Origin: a bacterium
GTDB lineage: Bacteria; Zhuqueibacterota; Zhuqueibacteria; JANLFK01; Oleimicrobiaceae
DNA length: 38,197 nt
Assembly: GCA_037445575.1 (NCBI GenBank)
Contig: JBBIKH010000003.1
Coordinates: 1,094-39,290, forward strand
Reading direction: 5' to 3'
Position numbers and translations under genes: made by a program. Within the stretch, counting starts at the first letter, position 1; each line of letters starts with the position of its first letter. Shown one piece after another: positions 34,113-38,197 of this stretch. The notes under the pieces are model-generated. The model had not been told where the DNA came from and made no database searches. It saw only the letters and a list, made by a program, of their open reading frames with translations.

Positions 34113-35483
34113 CTATGAGTCTCTGGGAACGCTGAATCGCATCTTCTCCAGTTTGCACTGCAGGGTGGTGCGCGGCACCCTCAGGAGACGGGCTGCCCGG
34201 CTGATGTTGTTGCGTGCTAGGCGCATGGCCTTGGAGATAAGTTCGTACTCCTGCGCCTTCAGGAATTGCTGCAGCGGCGGCAGTTCCTCAGGTTGCTCAT
34301 CCGCGGGCGCCAGCCCTTGAGGCAGGGGAGCTGCGGGCGCGGAAGGGGCTTCTAGGTCGAGCAGATCCACACCTTGCGGCAAGGCCAGCATGCGCTGCAC
34401 CACGTTCTCCAATTCCCGCACATTGCCCGGCCAAGGGTAGGCCATCATTTGCTCGAGTTGGGCGCGCGTGAGGCTGGGTTGCCCCTTGCCGTGGTGGTAT
34501 TTCCTGACGAAGTAGTCGATCAGCACAGGGATGTCTTCGCGGCGATCGCGCAGAGGGGGCATGACCACGGTGATAATGTTGAGGCGGTAGTAGAGATCCT
34601 CCCGAAAGGCGCCAGAGGCAACCATCTGCCGCAAGTCAGACTTGCTTGCCGCCACGAGCCGGAAATCCACCGGAATGGGGTGGTCCCCGCCCAGGCGCTG
34701 GATTTCCCTTTCTTGGAGCACACGCAGCAGCTTGACCTGCAGACGCAAAGGGAGGTCATCCACATCGTCTACGAACAACGTCCCCCCTTGCGAACGCTCA
34801 ATGTAGCCCTGATGGCGGCGGAGCGCTCCGGTGAAAGCCCCCTTTTCATAGCCAAAGAGCTCGCTTTCCAATAAGCTTTCTGGTAAAGCAGCACAATTGA
34901 CGGCGACGAAGGGTCCTTGCCGCCGTTCGCTGCAGCGGTGCAGGAAGCGTGCTGCCACCTCCTTGCCGGTGCCACTTTCCCCCTGAATGAGCACGGTGTA
35001 GTCGGTAGGTGCTACTGTCCGCAAGACCTCCACCACCTTGCGGATGGCAGGGGAGTTGCCGACAATCTCCTGCTCCTGATAGCTCCTCATCCACTTCTTC
35101 AGCTGGATGTTTTCGCGGAGCAGCTCGTGGAGCTGCCGGATGTTCTTCAGCATGGTAAGGAGCTTGTCTGTGGCGAATGGTTTGGTCAGATAGTCGTAGG
35201 CACCCAGCTTCAGAGCCTCAACGGCAGTTTCCACCGTCCCATAGGCGGTGACGACAATTACTGCACATTCCTTTTCCTTCTGCTTTGCAGCCTTCAGGAT
35301 CTCTATGCCATCCACATCCGGCAGGCGCAGGTCGGTGATGACCGCCTCGAAGCGGTCTTCCTCAATCCATTCCAGGCCCTCGTTACCAGTCTCACAGGCA
35401 ACCACCTCGTACCCCGCCTTCCTCAGCGCCTCGGCTAGAGCAATGCGCGAGACGTTCTCGTCTTCGACGAGCAGTACTTTCAT
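34113..35483 (-). CDS. Sigma54-dependent response regulator (NtrC family: REC-AAA+-HTH)
   Basis: LLVEDE, ITDLRLP, GESGTGKE, ESELFG..KGAFTGA, FREDLYYRL, WPGNVREL, Fis-type HTH. Confidence 0.96.
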   Translation of the reverse strand: MKVLLVEDENVSRIALAEALRKAGYEVVACETGNEGLEWIEEDRFEAVITDLRLPDVDGIEILKAAKQKEKECAVIVVTAYGTVETAVEALKLGAYDYLTKPFATDKLLTMLKNIRQLHELLRENIQLKKWMRSYQEQEIVGNSPAIRKVVEVLRTVAPTDYTVLIQGESGTGKEVAARFLHRCSERRQGPFVAVNCAALPESLLESELFGYEKGAFTGALRRHQGYIERSQGGTLFVDDVDDLPLRLQVKLLRVLQEREIQRLGGDHPIPVDFRLVAASKSDLRQMVASGAFREDLYYRLNIITVVMPPLRDRREDIPVLIDYFVRKYHHGKGQPSLTRAQLEQMMAYPWPGNVRELENVVQRMLALPQGVDLLDLEAPSAPAAPLPQGLAPADEQPEELPPLQQFLKAQEYELISKAMRLARNNISRAARLLRVPRTTLQCKLEKMRFSVPRDS

Positions 35484-36934
35484 GGCTCAGCTCCGATGGG
35501 AAGGGTGACCAGAAAGGTTGTGCCCACCCCCACTTGGCTGCTCACGTGGATGCTTCCTCCGTGTGCCTCGACAATCCCCAAGCTCACTGACAACCCTAGT
35601 CCGGTGCCGCGGCCATCCTCCTTGGTGGTGAAAAAGGGATCAAATATCTTGTCCAGGTGCTCTTCCGGGATGCCGCAACCGGTGTCGGCAATGAGGATGC
35701 GGACGTGGGCGTTGTCAGATAGGCTTGTGCTGATGCGGATCTCGCCCCCCTCCTGCATGCTGTCACAACTGTTGATGAGCATGTTCACGACCACCTGGCC
35801 GAGGAGCTCTGCATCGGCGTAGATGGTAGGCAGGGCGGGGTCCAGCTCCTTGACAATAGTGATCTTCTCTTTGTCTATTCGGTAGGCCAGAAGGGCCAAG
35901 GCTTTGTCGACGACCTCATTGAGGTCCATAGCCGACCTCTGCTGCGCCTTCTGGCGGGAGAAGTTGAGCAGCTTTTCCACTACGTTGGAGATACGGGTGG
36001 CGGCCTCGTCGGCAAGGGAGGCGAATCTTCTCACCTCCTCTGCGTTGTGTGCCTCCTCTTGTATGGTGAACAGGCAACTCTTCAGGCCGTGCAGTGGGTT
36101 GTTGATTTCATGCGCCACTCCTGCCGCAAGGCGGCCAATCGAAGCCAATTTCTCGGCATGGTAGATCTGGCGTTGCGCGTCCAGCAGTTGCCGTCGCGAT
36201 TGGACGAGGCGGTCCTTGAGCGTGTTGAAACTGCTGGCCAACTGGCCGACCTCGTCGTCCCCTGGCTTGAGTTTTGTTGGTAAGGGGCGCTCGAGGTCGA
36301 ATTGTTGCATCTCCTCCACCAGCTGCCGGAGGGACCGGGTCAGACGATCGACGATCAGATACGCGGCCCCCAAGAGGACAAGGACGAAGCCGACGCCGAG
36401 CCCATAGAAAAGAAAGAAAAGGGCGCGCAACTGAGTGCGAACCGGCTCGGCATCAAAGGCCATTCTCAGCCAGCCCCATTCCCTGTTGTGGATCCTCAAG
36501 AACAACGTAGTTTCAATGACCCAGCCCAGAGCTTGCGAGCGATAGATCCGGATCAGAGGTTCCTCCAAGGGCGAGACGTGACCAAATGGCTCGGGCAGGT
36601 CGGCGGTCTCGGCCAGTTGACTTCGGAAAATGGGGGTGCCGCGTGGGTCGTACAAGGCCAGGCTCTTGATGTCCGGATTCACCACGAGAAATCTGTGGAT
36701 GTGGTTGGCTAAGAACTCTTCGTCGCGCAGCGGCCTGCTCTCTTGGTAGATCAGAGCATCGAGCAACGAAGACGCGAAGGTCTGGGCCACGGCCAAGGCC
36801 TTCTGGCGATGAGTGTCCAAGACAAGGGTGCGCCAGCGCAACAGGACGCTCACGAGCATGACCATCATGAGAACCGCAGTCAGCCCTCCCAGGAAGAGCA
36901 AGATGCGCGTCTTCAGGCTCCTGCCCGCCCTCAT
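35480..36934 (-). CDS. Sensor histidine kinase (2 TM, HAMP, HisKA, HATPase)
   Basis: AHEINNPL H-box, DTGCGI, FDPFFTTK, GTGLGL; ATGA coupling with both neighbours. Confidence 0.95.
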   Translation of the reverse strand: MRAGRSLKTRILLFLGGLTAVLMMVMLVSVLLRWRTLVLDTHRQKALAVAQTFASSLLDALIYQESRPLRDEEFLANHIHRFLVVNPDIKSLALYDPRGTPIFRSQLAETADLPEPFGHVSPLEEPLIRIYRSQALGWVIETTLFLRIHNREWGWLRMAFDAEPVRTQLRALFFLFYGLGVGFVLVLLGAAYLIVDRLTRSLRQLVEEMQQFDLERPLPTKLKPGDDEVGQLASSFNTLKDRLVQSRRQLLDAQRQIYHAEKLASIGRLAAGVAHEINNPLHGLKSCLFTIQEEAHNAEEVRRFASLADEAATRISNVVEKLLNFSRQKAQQRSAMDLNEVVDKALALLAYRIDKEKITIVKELDPALPTIYADAELLGQVVVNMLINSCDSMQEGGEIRISTSLSDNAHVRILIADTGCGIPEEHLDKIFDPFFTTKEDGRGTGLGLSVSLGIVEAHGGSIHVSSQVGVGTTFLVTLPIGAEP

Positions 36935-37851
36935 AGGTCATCCCTGCCCGTGACCAGGACGCGATCGGCGCCGTCGTAGTCACTGTCTTCGGCCGGAGCG
37001 AATCCATGGATGAACTCGGGATCCCAATCGTGGAGGAGCCGTCGGTACTCGGGTCTGCGAGCGTCTATCCGCAGCAGTGCTTCGCGGACTGCGGAGACCA
37101 GCGCCGAGTCCAGGTCGCTCCTCACAATGAGGGGCGAGCCGGGAATCGGCGGGGAAGCGGAGACAATGCGGATCCCCTTGTCCAGAAACTCCTCCGCCAC
37201 CCGATCTTTCACCACGCCCGCGTCGAATCGCCCGCTCAGGATCTCATAGATAACGGTGTGATGAAAATCAAAGTGGCGCACCGCCCCAAGGTCCTGCGGC
37301 CGCAAACCGTGCGCGGGCAGTTCGGCCCGCAGCATCCAGTTGGCAGAAAAGGACAGAGGCGACGGCAGAGCAAGGCGTTTCCCTCCAAGGTCGCCCGGGC
37401 CGGCGATGGGGCTGTCCGCCCGGGTGACGAGCACGGAACGAAAATAGGGCTGGTGCTGCCTGTTGCGAGGCCTCAGGATGCAGCGGATGGGGTAGTGTTG
37501 GCGCTCCTTTACGTACACATAGGTGCCCACAAAGGCCAGATGGATCTCCCCGCGGTCTAGTTGCTTTATCGTTTCCTCATAGGACCTGCCCAAGCGGAGG
37601 GCGAAATGATAAGGGGTGGAGGCATTGAGGTAGTCGATGGTAGGTTGGTATCCCTCGTAGATGAGGCTTGGTGCAAAGCGCGAGACCACCCCCACAAAGA
37701 TGGTGTCTCGCTTGGCAGTGGCCATGTCCGGAGGCTCCGTCCTTGCCGGGCGGGACGTGGTGCGGATGTCCATGACGACCGCGTATAGAACTAAGGAGAT
37801 CGCGGCCAAGAGGAGAAAAGGGATCACGGCATACGCCCACCTGCGCAGCAT
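36931..37851 (-). CDS. PhnD/phosphonate-binding-family periplasmic protein (accessory sensor, AioX-like)
   Basis: GGAGG RBS, ATG at 37851, N-terminal TM anchor; SYEE, YFRSVLVTRADSPI, DLGGKRLA, FDAG; no ABC permease or ATPase adjacent. Confidence 0.85.
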   Translation of the reverse strand: MLRRWAYAVIPFLLLAAISLVLYAVVMDIRTTSRPARTEPPDMATAKRDTIFVGVVSRFAPSLIYEGYQPTIDYLNASTPYHFALRLGRSYEETIKQLDRGEIHLAFVGTYVYVKERQHYPIRCILRPRNRQHQPYFRSVLVTRADSPIAGPGDLGGKRLALPSPLSFSANWMLRAELPAHGLRPQDLGAVRHFDFHHTVIYEILSGRFDAGVVKDRVAEEFLDKGIRIVSASPPIPGSPLIVRSDLDSALVSAVREALLRIDARRPEYRRLLHDWDPEFIHGFAPAEDSDYDGADRVLVTGRDDL

Positions 37852-38034
37852 CTTTCCTCCCGATGCTCGACAGCGGAGCAGGACACCTGGTGAGGGGTTC
37901 CCCCAGCTCAGTGCGCACCCCACCATCTTGGGGCCACAGCTCAGGTACAATGCAGCGGTGTGCACAGTGGCCAAGTCTATGCCCTGTGAACCACATACTA
38001 ATTTAGATCTTGCGCAACGAAAAAGCAAGCTCTT

Positions 38035-38072
38035 TGTCGAATTCTCGGCAGAAGGGCGTCGAAATTTCAGCA
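38035..38072. promoter_or_regulatory. Candidate enhancer (UAS) for the sigma54 activator: two imperfect palindromes
   Basis: TGTCGA-ATTC-TCGGCA (38035-38050) and CGTCGA-AATT-TCAGCA (38057-38072), 22 bp apart, upstream of a -24/-12 promoter. Confidence 0.5.
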
Positions 38073-38131
38073 GGTGCCGACTTCGCGTTGCCCTCATCGC
38101 CGGTAACTTCTTGATTTCCCGATGGGCGCGG

Positions 38132-38148
38132 CTGGCATCTTGCTTGCA
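38132..38148 (+). promoter_or_regulatory. Sigma54 (-24/-12) promoter pointing out of the window
   Basis: CTGGCATCTTGCTTGCA: GG-N10-GC spacing, matches TGGCA-N6-TTGCA; divergent from a sigma54 activator operon. Confidence 0.8.
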
Positions 38149-38197
38149 TGAAGAAACAATATAGCCCGGGCGGTGGCTAGCTCCCTTTCCACCGCTG

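Noticed and set aside
37852-38097. N-terminal extension of the PhnD-like ORF to 38097
   Set aside because: It overlaps the regulatory region. The RBS and TM anchor support a start at 37851.

Overview
GC-rich bacterial chromosomal window. Gene style (S8 protease with a FlgD-Ig/CTD-like tail, yggS-divIVA-pnp-ileS order, sigma54 system) suggests an FCB-related diderm such as KSB1/Calditrichota; this is inference only. The left half (1-17.2 kb, minus strand) is housekeeping: GT2, S8 protease, coaE, comEC, pyk, an Aur1/PAP2-like lipid phosphotransferase, fabH, PPi-type pfk, yggS, divIVA, a lipoprotein, pnp and a type-2 ileS with a non-canonical GIHH motif. The middle holds a long rod-like leader RNA candidate, a GH15-like plus UroD/MtaA-family pair, sppA, an uncalled 49-aa Zn-ribbon gene, tRNA-Val and tRNA-Asp, and an aconitase-family dehydratase pair. 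The most unusual part is 26.9-33.8 kb, a cluster of atypical nucleic-acid-handling genes: a catalytically degenerate Fpg/Nei, two SplB-like radical SAM proteins (one paired with an orphan ParB and lacking the canonical SPL radical-relay residues), and a GIY-YIG nuclease with an ArfA/BrfA-like basic tail. The right end has an AioXSR-like three-component sigma54 regulatory system with a divergent -24/-12 promoter and candidate enhancer palindromes. No CRISPR array, rRNA, transposase or integrase was seen.
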